64,000 nucleotides of DNA from an uncultured Planctomycetaceae bacterium (GCA_963833985.1 CAWIAD010000002.1:2304001-2368000); one strand, 5' to 3'; counted from the stretch's first letter, positions 47,582 through 58,056 are shown. Numbers and translations are program-made. Notes: a model not told the origin generated them from the sequence alone.

Positions 47582-50500
47582 ATGACATTTGCGAGCAATG
47601 AAAACTACCGGATGCGCGGCAGCCACACCCCGAAGCGAAACTCCAGAATCACGCGTAACCGCACAAGCCGTCCCCGCTTTCGCCCCGATACCGAAGGCCT
47701 GGAGCCGCGGATCGTGATGTCCACGGTCAACTGGGTGGGACCCAATGGCGGCGACTGGGACACCGCCGCCAACTGGAGCCCCGCCGGCATCCCGACGTCC
47801 ACCAGCGCCGTCGTCATCAACCCATCGTCCGCCGAGACGATCGTACACGGCACAAACGTTGCCGATTCCGTGCAGAGCATCACCACCAGTTCCACGGCCA
47901 CACTGAACCTCGTGAGTGGCTCGCTCGCATTCGCTGCGGGAAACGCGTCCACGCTCGGCGGCCCCGTCAATATAAGTCCGCAGGCGACGCTCAGCGTCGG
48001 AGCAGGTGCTAGCGTCCAGATTGCTTCGGGCCAGACCCTGACCGACAACGGATTGATGACACTTGCCTCCGGCGACACCATGACGTTCGCCACGTACTAC
48101 GCCGTCAACCTCGTCGTCAACGGCACGATGACGGCCACCAGCGACTCCTTCGTCACGACCGGCGGGGGCGGAAGTTACATGCAGGTCAATTCGGGAGGTC
48201 GCTTCACCTCCAGCAACTCCACATTCTCGCTCTCCCAGCTCTCCCTCGACAACAGCAGCATCCTCAATAGCGGAGACTGGACCGGCAACGTCTTCAACAT
48301 GCCGATATTCGTTCCTTACAACGACGTCCAGAATCTCGGCAGCAACGCGACGTTTCACGATATCAATATCAACGCAGATACCCTTCCGAGCGGTACGCTT
48401 AATCTCAATGTCATCGGATCTAACGCCGCGAGCCACTACATCTTCCCAGGTGGTTTCACCGTCGCATCGGGGGCAACACTTGCCTTCGGTACGAATGTTC
48501 CGATCATTATTCCCTCAAGCCAGACCCTGTACGACAACGGATTGATGACGCTTGCCTCCGGCGACACCATGACGTTCGCCACGTACTACGCCGTCAACCT
48601 CGTCGTCAACGGCACGATGACGGCCACCAGCGACTCCTTCGTCACGACCGGCGGGGGCGGAAGTTACATGCAGGTCAATTCGGGAGGTCGCTTCACCTCC
48701 AGCAACTCCACATTCTCGCTCTCCCAGCTCTCCCTCGACAACAGCAGCATCCTCAATAGCGGAGACTGGACCGGCAACGTCTTCAACATGCCGATATTCG
48801 TTCCTTACAACGACGTCCAGAATCTCGGCAGCAACGCGACGTTTCACGATATCAATATCAACGCAGATACCCTTCCGAGCGGTACGCTTAATCTCAATGT
48901 CATCGGATCTAACGCCGCGAGCCACTACATCTTCCCAGGTGGTTTCACCGTCGCATCGGGGGCAACACTTGCCTTCGGTACGAATGTTCCGATCATTATT
49001 CCCTCAAGCCAGACCCTGTACGACAACGGATTGATGACGCTTGCCTCCGGCGACACCATGACGTTCGCCACGTACTACGCCGTCAACCTCGTCGTCAACG
49101 GCACGATGATGGCCACCAGCGACTCCTTCGTCACCACCGGTGGGGGCGGAAGTTACATGCAGGTCAATTCCGGAGGTCACTTCACCTCCAGCAACTCCAC
49201 ATTCTCGCTCTCCCAGCTCTCCCTCGACAACAGCAGCATCCTCAATAGCGGAGACTGGACCGGCAACGTCTTCAACATGCCGATATTCGTTCCTTACAAC
49301 GACGTCCAGTACCTCGGCGATAACCCAACCTTCAATAATGTCGAGATCAACCCCGGCACTCTGTCAAGCGGTGCAGTCACATTGGGCAAGATTGGCACCG
49401 CGTCAACTTTGCAGTACGTTTTTCCAGGCGGCTTCACGGTCGCTTCCGGATCGGCCCTGGTCGTCGGGGCCTACGTTCCGGTGGTAATTCCCTCAGGCCA
49501 GACGTTGTTGGACAATGGCACTTTGAGTTTTTCGACCGGAGATACGGTGACGTTTGCGAGTTACTATGCCGTCAATCTTGTCGTTGATGGTGTCATGAAC
49601 GCCTCCGACGCCTCGTTCGTTACCACTGGCGGTGGCGGGGGATACCTGCAAGTAAATTCTGGCGGCCAGCTCGACGTCAACAATTCCGTTATCGCTTTGA
49701 GTAGCGTTAATCTGGGCACCAGCTCGAGTGACACGCTTCAGGCTAATGTCTTCGACACAACACTGTATGTCAATGGCGGTGAAACTGCGACCATCTCCTA
49801 CAACGACTTCAGCGCGAGCAACAGTTTCGTCGTTGCCTCGGGGAATTCATCGCAGACTATTTTAATGCCCAGCAACTGGTGGGGTGCCACCGACTCGACC
49901 GATATCGGCAAGAAGATTACCGACTATCTCGACAATCCCGCTCTGCCTCTGGTCAATTTTGCGCCTCCCCTTTCTGCCCCTAACCCGGCAGGGGCTCCCT
50001 CGAGGACCGCCGCCGTTGCCGTGACAGCGTCTTACAATCCCAACTCGGCTCAGACTGTCACTCTAACGGCCGGCGTTACCAGCGGTTCCGTTGCAATTAC
50101 GGGGGGGACTGTCACGTTTATAGTCGTGAGCAATAACGGTATCGTAGGCACCCCCGATATAGTGTCAGTGTCCGGTGGAGTGGCGACAACGACAACTTTC
50201 CAGATTCCTATCGGAACATCAGGCGGCACGGACACGATAGAGGCCGTTTACAGTGGCGTATTCAATAGCAGCACCGCGAATTACTTTGGCTCGATGGACA
50301 CGAGCCAATCCTTGACCATCAACCCGGCGGCGACGACCATCGTAGCCAAGGCAGCGAGTTCCACCTTCAATACCGGCGCGGTAACTGTACCGCTCTCTGC
50401 GACGGTAACGAGCACTTTCGGAAAGCTGGGTGTGGGGACCCTCACCTTTACAATCCTCACGAGCGGGGGCGTAACCGTTGGCATGCCGTCGACGGTTAAC

Positions 50501-51127
50501 GTTTCCAATGGCGTCGCAAGCACGAACTATAAACTACCGGCGGGAACCGGCGGTGGCTCGTATACCATACAGGCCGTCTACAACGGCACGGCGGACTATG
50601 CGACAAAATCCGATTCGGCTCACAAGCTCACGGTCAAGGTCGCGACAACGTCAACCGCAGCGCAAAACCAGACGGCGACGTATAACGCCTCGTCTCAAAG
50701 CGTGACTCTCACCGCGTCGGTGAAGAGCTCGGCCGGAGCGGTGAACGAGGGCAATGTCACCTTCACCATATTGACCACCACAGGAAAGCAGGTCGGTAAT
50801 CCCATGACCAGCCTGACTGTCACGGGCGGATTGGCCACCGTCAGCTACCCGCTGCCGCCCGGGCTCGCTGTGGGGACGTACAAGATCGAGGCGGTGTTCG
50901 GCACCACGGCCGACTTCAAGACGTCGACCAACGGCAGCAAGCAGACGCTCACCATCACCGCGGCCCCCGGGCTGGTGACGCTTGGCCCGCCCGCCGGTTC
51001 TTTGGCCAGCTCCTCCGGGGTTCTGCCTCAGGTGACGTCAGCCGACACGACGGACCTTGACTTGCTCATCGGCCTGGCGCTCGAGCAGCTCGGCGCGAAG
51101 TCCTGGAAGCAACACCACTCCACCTGA
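47582..51127 (+). CDS. large secreted repeat protein (beta-helix-like repeats plus three Ig-like domains), adhesin-like
   Basis: Basic N-terminus with RFRPDTEGLEPRIVMS (planctomycete extracellular motif); GDWDTAANWS; 163-aa repeats; VTLTA.V..G.VTF..A.Y.G Ig-like units. Confidence 0.85.
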   Translation: MTFASNENYRMRGSHTPKRNSRITRNRTSRPRFRPDTEGLEPRIVMSTVNWVGPNGGDWDTAANWSPAGIPTSTSAVVINPSSAETIVHGTNVADSVQSITTSSTATLNLVSGSLAFAAGNASTLGGPVNISPQATLSVGAGASVQIASGQTLTDNGLMTLASGDTMTFATYYAVNLVVNGTMTATSDSFVTTGGGGSYMQVNSGGRFTSSNSTFSLSQLSLDNSSILNSGDWTGNVFNMPIFVPYNDVQNLGSNATFHDININADTLPSGTLNLNVIGSNAASHYIFPGGFTVASGATLAFGTNVPIIIPSSQTLYDNGLMTLASGDTMTFATYYAVNLVVNGTMTATSDSFVTTGGGGSYMQVNSGGRFTSSNSTFSLSQLSLDNSSILNSGDWTGNVFNMPIFVPYNDVQNLGSNATFHDININADTLPSGTLNLNVIGSNAASHYIFPGGFTVASGATLAFGTNVPIIIPSSQTLYDNGLMTLASGDTMTFATYYAVNLVVNGTMMATSDSFVTTGGGGSYMQVNSGGHFTSSNSTFSLSQLSLDNSSILNSGDWTGNVFNMPIFVPYNDVQYLGDNPTFNNVEINPGTLSSGAVTLGKIGTASTLQYVFPGGFTVASGSALVVGAYVPVVIPSGQTLLDNGTLSFSTGDTVTFASYYAVNLVVDGVMNASDASFVTTGGGGGYLQVNSGGQLDVNNSVIALSSVNLGTSSSDTLQANVFDTTLYVNGGETATISYNDFSASNSFVVASGNSSQTILMPSNWWGATDSTDIGKKITDYLDNPALPLVNFAPPLSAPNPAGAPSRTAAVAVTASYNPNSAQTVTLTAGVTSGSVAITGGTVTFIVVSNNGIVGTPDIVSVSGGVATTTTFQIPIGTSGGTDTIEAVYSGVFNSSTANYFGSMDTSQSLTINPAATTIVAKAASSTFNTGAVTVPLSATVTSTFGKLGVGTLTFTILTSGGVTVGMPSTVNVSNGVASTNYKLPAGTGGGSYTIQAVYNGTADYATKSDSAHKLTVKVATTSTAAQNQTATYNASSQSVTLTASVKSSAGAVNEGNVTFTILTTTGKQVGNPMTSLTVTGGLATVSYPLPPGLAVGTYKIEAVFGTTADFKTSTNGSKQTLTITAAPGLVTLGPPAGSLASSSGVLPQVTSADTTDLDLLIGLALEQLGAKSWKQHHST
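48030..49310 (+). repeat. 489-bp near-identical tandem coding repeat (about 2.6 copies, then a diverged part)
   Basis: acaacggattgatgac at 48045, 48534 and 49023. Confidence 0.92.
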
Positions 51128-51249
51128 GACGAGTTGCGAGGATTGAATCTGCATGACGTTCCACTGGAGGCCTTCGGGCCTCCTTCTTCCGTGAAATCCG
51201 TACGTGTAGCAGAGAGTTTCCCATCGAGAAGCACCAGGAGAGAAGCACC

Positions 51250-54200
51250 ATGACCCGCATGATGGACCGGGCGCCGAGCGTCCCTTCAGATTTCGATCGA
51301 CGAACGCGCCGAGGGCGTGCGCGAAAGTCCTCTCGCTTGCGAACCCGGCTCCATCCGGATCTGGAAAGCCTGGAGCATCGCATCGTGCTGTCCACGATCA
51401 ACTGGAGCACATCCGCGGCTTCCACCGGAGGCAACTGGGACACGCCGGGCAACTGGGTTGGCGGCGTGGTGCCTGGCGCCAGCGACACCGCGGTCATCAA
51501 GGGCCTGACCAGCCCGGGGATCGTCAGCCTCAGCTCCGGCAATTCGGACTCCGTCGGCGCCCTGACCACCGATTCGAGCACGACGCTCACCGTGGTCAGC
51601 GGCTCGCTGACATTGAGCACGGGCAATTCCTCGACGCTGGGCGGACCCGTCGTCATCGACCAGGGAGCAACCCTGAGCGCGAACTCCGGCGCTTATGTGA
51701 CAGTCCAGCCCAACGTGACGATCACCGACAACGGCGCACTCAACTTCGCCAGCGGCGATATCGTCACCCTCCAGAGCCAGTATGGCTCTTCCACACCGAT
51801 CGTCGTCGGCGGGACCATGAACGCCGCTGGCACCACCTTCAACAACTCCGGCAGCTACAACAACGGCACGATCTCGGTCAACTCCGGCGGCCACATGCTC
51901 GCCTCCGGCAGCAGCTTCAACATCAGCTCCATCAGCCTTAACAACACTAGCATCCTCAATAGCGGCGACTGGACCAGCAACACCTTCAACCTGCCCATCT
52001 TCGTCCCCTACAACGACGTGCAGTATCTTACCGGCAACACCGCCTTCCAGGACATCAACATCAACGGCGGCACGCTGGCCAGCGGCACGCTGAATTTGAA
52101 CGTCATCGGCACGAATATCTCCAGTATCCGCTACGTCTTTCCCGCCAGCTTCACGATCGCCAGCGGGGCCACGCTGAACATCGCCGCCAGCCTCCCGGTG
52201 CTTATCCAGCCCAACGTGACGATCACCGACAACGGCGCGCTGAACTTCGCCAGCGGCGATATCGTCACCCTCCCGAGCCTGTATGGCTCGTCCACACCGA
52301 TCATCGTGGGCGGCACGATGAACGCCGTCGGCACCACCTTCAACAACTCCGGCGGTTACAATAACGGCACCATCACGGTCAACTCCGGCGGCCACATGCT
52401 CGCCTCCGGCAGCAGCTTCAACATCAGCTCCATCAGTCTCAGCAACACAAGCATCCTGAACAGCGGCGACTGGACCAGCAACACCTTCAACCTGCCCATC
52501 TTCGTCCCCTACAACGACGTGCAGTATCTTACCAGCAACACCGCCTTCCAGGACATCAACATCAACGGCGGCACGCTGGCCAGCGGCACGCTGAATTTGA
52601 ACGTCATCGGCACGAATATCTCGAGCATCCGCTATGTCTTCCCCGCCAGCTTCACGATCGCCAGCGGGGCCACGCTGAACATCGCCGCCAGCCTCCCGGT
52701 GCTTATCCAGCCCAACGTGACGATCGCCGACAACGGCACGCTCAAGTTCGCCAGCGGCGATATCGTCACCCTCCCGAGCCTGTATGGCTCGACCACACCG
52801 ATCATCGTGGGCGGCACGATGAACGCCGCTGGCACCACCTTCAACAACTCCGGCAGCTACAACAACGGCACGATCTCGGTCAACTCCGGCGGCCACATGC
52901 TCGCCTCCGGCAGCAGCTTCAACATCAGCTCCATCAGCCTTAACAACACCAGCATCCTCAATAGCGGCGACTGGACCAGCAACACCTTCAACCTGCCCAT
53001 CTTCGTCCCCTACAACGACGTCCCATTGCTCGCCGGCAACACGCTTCCGCAGAGCATCAATATCAACGGCGAGACGATGACCGGTAGTGCCCTGATCCTG
53101 GGGCCGCTTGCCGGCAACCCGCCCTCGCTCCAGTTTGTGTTCGCGGGCAACTTCACGATCGCGCCGGGGGCAACTGTCGACGTCATGGCAAACACTAATG
53201 TCGCCATTGATCCAAATGTGTCCATCAATGACAACGGCACCCTCACCTTCACAACAGGCGACGTGGTGACGTTCCAGAGCCTGTACGGATCGTCGAGTCC
53301 CATCGTCGTGACCGGCACGCTCTCCGCCAGCGGAACGACCTTCAATAATGGCGGCAGCTACAACAACGGCTCGATCTCGGCCAACTCGGGTGCCCAGGTC
53401 AACATCACCAATTCGCTGATCGGCATCGCGAATGTCTACCTGTACTCCGCCTCCAACGACACGCTGGAAGTGGATGTCATGAATACCAATCTGAACGTCA
53501 ATAGCGGCGCGGCGCCGCTGGCCATCTCGAGCAACGATTTCAGCAGCGGCACTGTTGTCGCTGCGGGCGATCCCAACGCGACGATCAACATGACCAGCAA
53601 TTACTGGGGCTCAATCAATACCACGCTGATCGCGGGGAAGATCACCGATCACACCGACAACTCGAACCTGCCTACCGTCAATTTCACACCCTTCCTGACG
53701 CAGTCCACGCCTCCCGGCGCGGTGACCACGATCGTCGCTTCCAGCACCTCGGCGACGTTCAGTACCAAGTCGGCCCAGACCGTCACGCTCTCGGCGAGCG
53801 TCACCAGCGGCGCGAACAAGGTGAATGAAGGGACAGTCACCTTCATCGTCGTGAGCGGGATCAATATCGTGGGCAACCCCGTCAGCAACGTGAGCGTCTC
53901 GAGCGGCACGGCCACGACTTCATTCCAGATTCCTCCCGGAACGAAGGCCGGCCAGGATACGATCGTGGCCATCTACAACGGCGACGCGAATTTCATGGGC
54001 TCGACCGACACGAGCCACTCGGTCGCCATCAACCCCGCGGCCACGAAGACCGTTGCCAAGACGGCCAGCACCACCTTCAGCACCAGCGCGGTCTTCGTGA
54101 CGCTCTCCGCCGCTGTCACCAGTACGGCCGGAACCGTGAGCGAAGGTAGCGTCACGTTCACACTCTACACGAGCACCGGCACGCAGGTCGGCCAACCGGC

Positions 54201-54870
54201 GGTGGGCAATGTCAGCAACAACACGGCCACCACGCAGTACGAACTGCCGGCGGGGACGGCAGGGGGCGTGTACACCATCAAGGCCAACTACAACGGTACC
54301 GGCGACTACTCGATCAGCACCGATTCAGCCCACAAGCTGACGGTCAAGGTCGCGACCACCACGACCGCGGCCGTGAACAAGTCGGCGACCTACAGCGCGT
54401 CGACGCAGACGGTCCTGCTCACCGCGAGCGTCAAGAGCACGGCCGGGACGGTGAACGAGGGAAGTGTCACGTTCACCGTCCTGAATGGCACCCAGGTGGT
54501 CGGCACGGCAACCAAGGGCAATGTCAACAATGGGACCGCTTCGGTCAATTACAACCTGCCGGCGGGTCTGGCTGTGGGGACGTACAAGATCGAGGCGGTG
54601 TTTGGCACAACGGCCGACTTCAAGACGTCGACCAACGGCAGCAAGCAAACGCTCACCATCACCGCGGCCCCCGCGCTGGTGACGCTTGGCCCGCCCGCCG
54701 GTTCTTTGGCCAGTTCGAGCGGCCAGGCTTCGCAGATCACCGTCGGCGGTGCCCCGGACCTCGATTTCCTGATCGGGCTGGCTCTCGAACAGCTCGGCGC
54801 AAATCGTGGAAGCAGCACGCAAATGGCTGAGACGGGCCGCGCGGATCGGATCAGCAGCACGTCATGTTGA
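51250..54870 (+). CDS. paralogous large secreted repeat protein, adhesin-like
   Basis: RLHPDLESLEHRIVLS motif; GNWDTPGNW; 167-aa repeats; three Ig-like units; same C-terminal motif as the upstream paralog. Confidence 0.85.
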   Translation: MTRMMDRAPSVPSDFDRRTRRGRARKSSRLRTRLHPDLESLEHRIVLSTINWSTSAASTGGNWDTPGNWVGGVVPGASDTAVIKGLTSPGIVSLSSGNSDSVGALTTDSSTTLTVVSGSLTLSTGNSSTLGGPVVIDQGATLSANSGAYVTVQPNVTITDNGALNFASGDIVTLQSQYGSSTPIVVGGTMNAAGTTFNNSGSYNNGTISVNSGGHMLASGSSFNISSISLNNTSILNSGDWTSNTFNLPIFVPYNDVQYLTGNTAFQDININGGTLASGTLNLNVIGTNISSIRYVFPASFTIASGATLNIAASLPVLIQPNVTITDNGALNFASGDIVTLPSLYGSSTPIIVGGTMNAVGTTFNNSGGYNNGTITVNSGGHMLASGSSFNISSISLSNTSILNSGDWTSNTFNLPIFVPYNDVQYLTSNTAFQDININGGTLASGTLNLNVIGTNISSIRYVFPASFTIASGATLNIAASLPVLIQPNVTIADNGTLKFASGDIVTLPSLYGSTTPIIVGGTMNAAGTTFNNSGSYNNGTISVNSGGHMLASGSSFNISSISLNNTSILNSGDWTSNTFNLPIFVPYNDVPLLAGNTLPQSININGETMTGSALILGPLAGNPPSLQFVFAGNFTIAPGATVDVMANTNVAIDPNVSINDNGTLTFTTGDVVTFQSLYGSSSPIVVTGTLSASGTTFNNGGSYNNGSISANSGAQVNITNSLIGIANVYLYSASNDTLEVDVMNTNLNVNSGAAPLAISSNDFSSGTVVAAGDPNATINMTSNYWGSINTTLIAGKITDHTDNSNLPTVNFTPFLTQSTPPGAVTTIVASSTSATFSTKSAQTVTLSASVTSGANKVNEGTVTFIVVSGINIVGNPVSNVSVSSGTATTSFQIPPGTKAGQDTIVAIYNGDANFMGSTDTSHSVAINPAATKTVAKTASTTFSTSAVFVTLSAAVTSTAGTVSEGSVTFTLYTSTGTQVGQPAVGNVSNNTATTQYELPAGTAGGVYTIKANYNGTGDYSISTDSAHKLTVKVATTTTAAVNKSATYSASTQTVLLTASVKSTAGTVNEGSVTFTVLNGTQVVGTATKGNVNNGTASVNYNLPAGLAVGTYKIEAVFGTTADFKTSTNGSKQTLTITAAPALVTLGPPAGSLASSSGQASQITVGGAPDLDFLIGLALEQLGANRGSSTQMAETGRADRISSTSC
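51705..53020 (+). repeat. 501-bp tandem coding repeat (about 2.6 copies, then a diverged part)
   Basis: cagcccaacgtgacgatc at 51706, 52207 and 52708. Confidence 0.92.
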
Positions 54871-55070
54871 ACGTCCTGGGGCCGCCCTCTTCCGTGACAT
54901 CCGCGGAACGGGAGCGGCCCGCTTCGTTGCGCGATCCAATCTCAATCCGAGCACCTGCGCGGGACGAGCTCGGCTCGAATCCACCTCCGCAGTCGGGAAA
55001 TCCACGCCGACTCGTCGGTAGTATCCTCGTCGATGAGCCAGCGAACGACGTCGGTGCCCTTGATGTTCAG

Positions 55071-55634
55071 TCAGCCGCTGGCTTCGATCGGCATGTAGCC
55101 TCCAGCGGAGGTCAGCCGTTCGATGACCAATCTCTCTCCGTCGAACCGCCAGACCTCGGCGACCTCCAGAGAGGCGTAGATGCCGGGCCGGTCGATGAGG
55201 GACGGCGAGATGTCGATTTCGATCGCGAGGTCGGGGTTGGGATAATCGGCGACGTCGTTCGAGGCGTTCCTTTTGGCCCGGGCGGCAGCGGCAAGCTTCG
55301 CCGGATCAAAATAATAGCACTGATCCGCCTCGAGACCACGCGACAGGTCGTGACGTTTCCACGTCGTCTCGCCCAGGCATTTCTGGGGAATGGCCAGCTC
55401 AACCGCAACCTCGGTGACGACCCTGCCCAGGAGCTCGCGAAAATCCTCGTGCTTCGGCCCCCTGGTCAGGATCTCCAGATCCTCACCGTCGTAGGCCATG
55501 CGAATTCCGCTGCGCTCCGGCAGTGAGTTGATCCAGAGCTCGTAAACGGCCCACGGAACGCGCCGGACTGCGATCCTGGTCTCGCCGTCCGAGGAATGAG
55601 GCGCCGGGACTCGAGATCGGGTCTTCACGCTCAT
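55071..55634 (-). CDS. Uma2 (DUF820) family endonuclease-like protein
   Basis: RMAYDGEDLEIL, HE, GLEADQCYY, PDLAIEIDIS, IYASLEVAEVWRFDG. Confidence 0.9.
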   Translation of the reverse strand: MSVKTRSRVPAPHSSDGETRIAVRRVPWAVYELWINSLPERSGIRMAYDGEDLEILTRGPKHEDFRELLGRVVTEVAVELAIPQKCLGETTWKRHDLSRGLEADQCYYFDPAKLAAAARAKRNASNDVADYPNPDLAIEIDISPSLIDRPGIYASLEVAEVWRFDGERLVIERLTSAGGYMPIEASG

Positions 55635-55734
55635 GAGAATCCGATCTTGCTCGTTGAGGCGGGTTGATGAGATCAACCAGACGGGATCGATTCGCCACGG
55701 CTCCCTTGCGAACACCATGATCCCGCGGCGTGAA

Positions 55735-55807
55735 AGCCACCTCAGGGACTCGAACCCTGGACTTCAGCTTTACGAAAGCTGCGCTCTACCAGCTGAGCTA
55801 AGGTGGC
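55735..55807 (-). tRNA. tRNA-Thr (anticodon CGT), CCA not encoded
   Basis: gccacct-tagctcagctggtagagc-g-cagct-ttCGTaa-agctg-aagtc-cagggttcgagtccctg-aggtggc-t folds as a cloverleaf. Confidence 0.95.
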
Positions 55808-55827
55808 GACAAGCGGTTTGAAAATCT

Positions 55828-55857
55828 AGCGTATCGGGTGGGTGCGCAGGGTGTCAA
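55828..55857 (-). promoter_or_regulatory. putative tRNA promoter
   Basis: TTGACA-N18-TACGCT about 20 nt upstream of the tRNA. Confidence 0.55.
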
Positions 55858-55893
55858 GCGAGACAAAAGCTCATCCCGGCCGGCCCGCGCGGC

Positions 55894-57051
55894 TCACCGA
55901 GGTCCCAGAGCGACGGCCCGCTCGTAGACTTCCAGGTAGCGGTCGATGTTGCGGTCCATTGCGAAATGCTCGCGGGCGACAGGACCGCAGGCGGCGGCCA
56001 GCGAGGCGGCCAGGGCCGGGTCGCCAAGCACTTTCAGGATGGCGTCGGCCAGCGGCTCCGGAGCGACCTGGGTGAGCAGGCCCGCGCCTGACTGGCCCAG
56101 CAGTGCTTGATAATCGCCGAAATCCGTCGCCACGATGGGCCGTCCCGCAGCGAGATAGACGGCAATCTTGCTCTGGACCGAGTAATTCTCGCGGCAGGCC
56201 AGCCGGGGATGGACCAGCACGTCGGCGCGCCGCGACAGGGCGACGACCTGCTCAGGTGTCTGGCCGGTGAGCACGATCAACCTGTCGCCATGGGGACCAA
56301 GCTGGGCCCGGTACCGCTCGCCGGCCTCGGCGGGGCCGCCGACCAGCACGCAGCGCACTTCCTGCCGGGCATCAAAGATGCGCGGGAGTGCGTCGATGAG
56401 GATCGGCACGCCCTGGTTGGGATGGACAATACTGCCAATGTACATGACCAGTTTGTGCTCGAGTGTCACGCCGGGTATGGACGCGGGCGTTCCTTGCCGT
56501 TCGTATTCGGCCAGGTCGATGCCCGGGTAAATGACGCGGACTCGATCCGCCGGGACGCCCTTTTCGGCCACGACCACCTGCTTGACCGGTTCCCCCAGCG
56601 CAATGATCTGGGAGGCGTGCCGAAAGACCCTGCGCTCGACGGCCAGGTAGGAGCGGAAGACCAACCCCCGGCCCAGCCGCTGGCGTTCCACCTCGTCGCC
56701 CAGGAGCGAGTGGATCTCGTAGACCATGGGCCAGCCGAACCGCCGGCACGCGGCGTGTGCCCGTGTCGCGCCCCCGTAGTGCTGGGCGTGCACGACGTCG
56801 AAGGGCAGTTGCCGGGCGATCCGCCGCAATCCCGAGCCGCTCGCCCAGGCGGCGGGAGGCACGTTGAAGACGGGGGTGCCTTCGAAGTCTTCGATCCGCA
56901 TGTTCCACCCCGCCGGCGGCCTGAAGCGCAGGTATGCGACCACGACTTCCACGCCGCGCGGCTTGAGGGCCCGCAGGATCTTGATCGGCAGCATCGCCGT
57001 GCCGTCGTACTCACCGGGAATGGGAAACGAGGTCACCATCAAGACGCGCAT
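55894..57051 (-). CDS. GT4 glycosyltransferase
   Basis: MRVLMVTSFP, DVVHAQH, RVIYPGIDL, ADVLVHP, SKIAVYLAAGRPIVATD. Confidence 0.88.
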   Translation of the reverse strand: MRVLMVTSFPIPGEYDGTAMLPIKILRALKPRGVEVVVAYLRFRPPAGWNMRIEDFEGTPVFNVPPAAWASGSGLRRIARQLPFDVVHAQHYGGATRAHAACRRFGWPMVYEIHSLLGDEVERQRLGRGLVFRSYLAVERRVFRHASQIIALGEPVKQVVVAEKGVPADRVRVIYPGIDLAEYERQGTPASIPGVTLEHKLVMYIGSIVHPNQGVPILIDALPRIFDARQEVRCVLVGGPAEAGERYRAQLGPHGDRLIVLTGQTPEQVVALSRRADVLVHPRLACRENYSVQSKIAVYLAAGRPIVATDFGDYQALLGQSGAGLLTQVAPEPLADAILKVLGDPALAASLAAACGPVAREHFAMDRNIDRYLEVYERAVALGPR

Positions 57052-57255
57052 CGTCGCTGGCTCCGTCCATCGTAGAGGTCCTGGGTACGCTCTGAGCATA
57101 CAGAGGCCACGCGCTGGGAATGAACCCCGAACTCCGGCCCGCCCAGTGTCCCGAACAGAAGAGCCTCTGGAATTCTTGACCGGTTGTGGTAAAATAAGAG
57201 CGCATTTCCTTGGCAGGGATCACGTTCGTCATCATCAGGTTCGGGAGAGACAGCG

Positions 57256-58050
57256 TTGACCACCGCAACAGGTCTCGGAAGCGTCGGTTGGGAAAATGTG
57301 TCCAGCGGGTTCCCGGAAACCCAGTGGACGATGGTACTCGACGCGGGCGGACCGACCACGCCCGAAAGGCGGCGTGCGCTTGAGGACCTGTGCCAGTCCT
57401 ACTGGTACCCCATCTACTGCTATATTCGGAGAAAGGCCGGCAACTTCGGTGACCCGCTGGACCTCACGCAGAGATATTTTGTGAGGCTCCTGGAGCAGAA
57501 CAAGCTGACGGCCGTGGTCCGTGGAAAGGGGCGATTCCGCTCGTTCCTCACGAAGGATTGCTCGTTCTTCGTGAAAGATGCGATCCGCCGCGAGCATGCC
57601 CGGAGCGTCCGTCCGCACAAGCCGATTCTCTCGCTGGATGCTCGGGACGCCGAGGGAAACTACCTGCACGAACCGGCCGACGTCCTGACCCCGGAGCAAG
57701 TTTTCTTTCGCGAGTCGGCGCGAAACTTGATGAGGCTGGTATTGAACCGCCTGGAGGAAGCGTACGCACTCAAGCGGAACAGCCTGCGATTCGGCCGTCT
57801 GAAAGCCTTTCTCACGGAAGATGAAGAGGCCATGCCGTATGCCGAGATCGCCAGACGGCTGGAAATCAGCGAGGGCGGTGTGGCGACGGCCGTTCACCGG
57901 CTGCGGAAGGACTTCGGGAGGTTGCTGCGCGAAGAGATCGCCAGGACGGTGTCGGATCCGGCCGACATTGACGACGAGATTCGCGATCTGTTCGAGCTTC
58001 TCAGCGCCCGAGGAGAAACCGGTAGCCGCGATTCGGGGACTGGCGAGTGA
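57256..58050 (+). CDS. ECF sigma factor (FPxTxW / YWYP type); start uncertain
   Basis: FPETQWTMV, ALEDLCQSYWYPIYCYIRR, KGRFRSFL, PYAEIARRLEISEGGVATAVHRLR. Confidence 0.88.
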   Translation: MTTATGLGSVGWENVSSGFPETQWTMVLDAGGPTTPERRRALEDLCQSYWYPIYCYIRRKAGNFGDPLDLTQRYFVRLLEQNKLTAVVRGKGRFRSFLTKDCSFFVKDAIRREHARSVRPHKPILSLDARDAEGNYLHEPADVLTPEQVFFRESARNLMRLVLNRLEEAYALKRNSLRFGRLKAFLTEDEEAMPYAEIARRLEISEGGVATAVHRLRKDFGRLLREEIARTVSDPADIDDEIRDLFELLSARGETGSRDSGTGE

Positions 58051-58056
58051 AGAAGT

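Noticed and set aside
39972..55807. Integrative island anchored at tRNA-Thr
   Set aside because: No integrase and no convincing duplicated tRNA 3' end; the 9-nt match agccacctc near 43452 is within chance.
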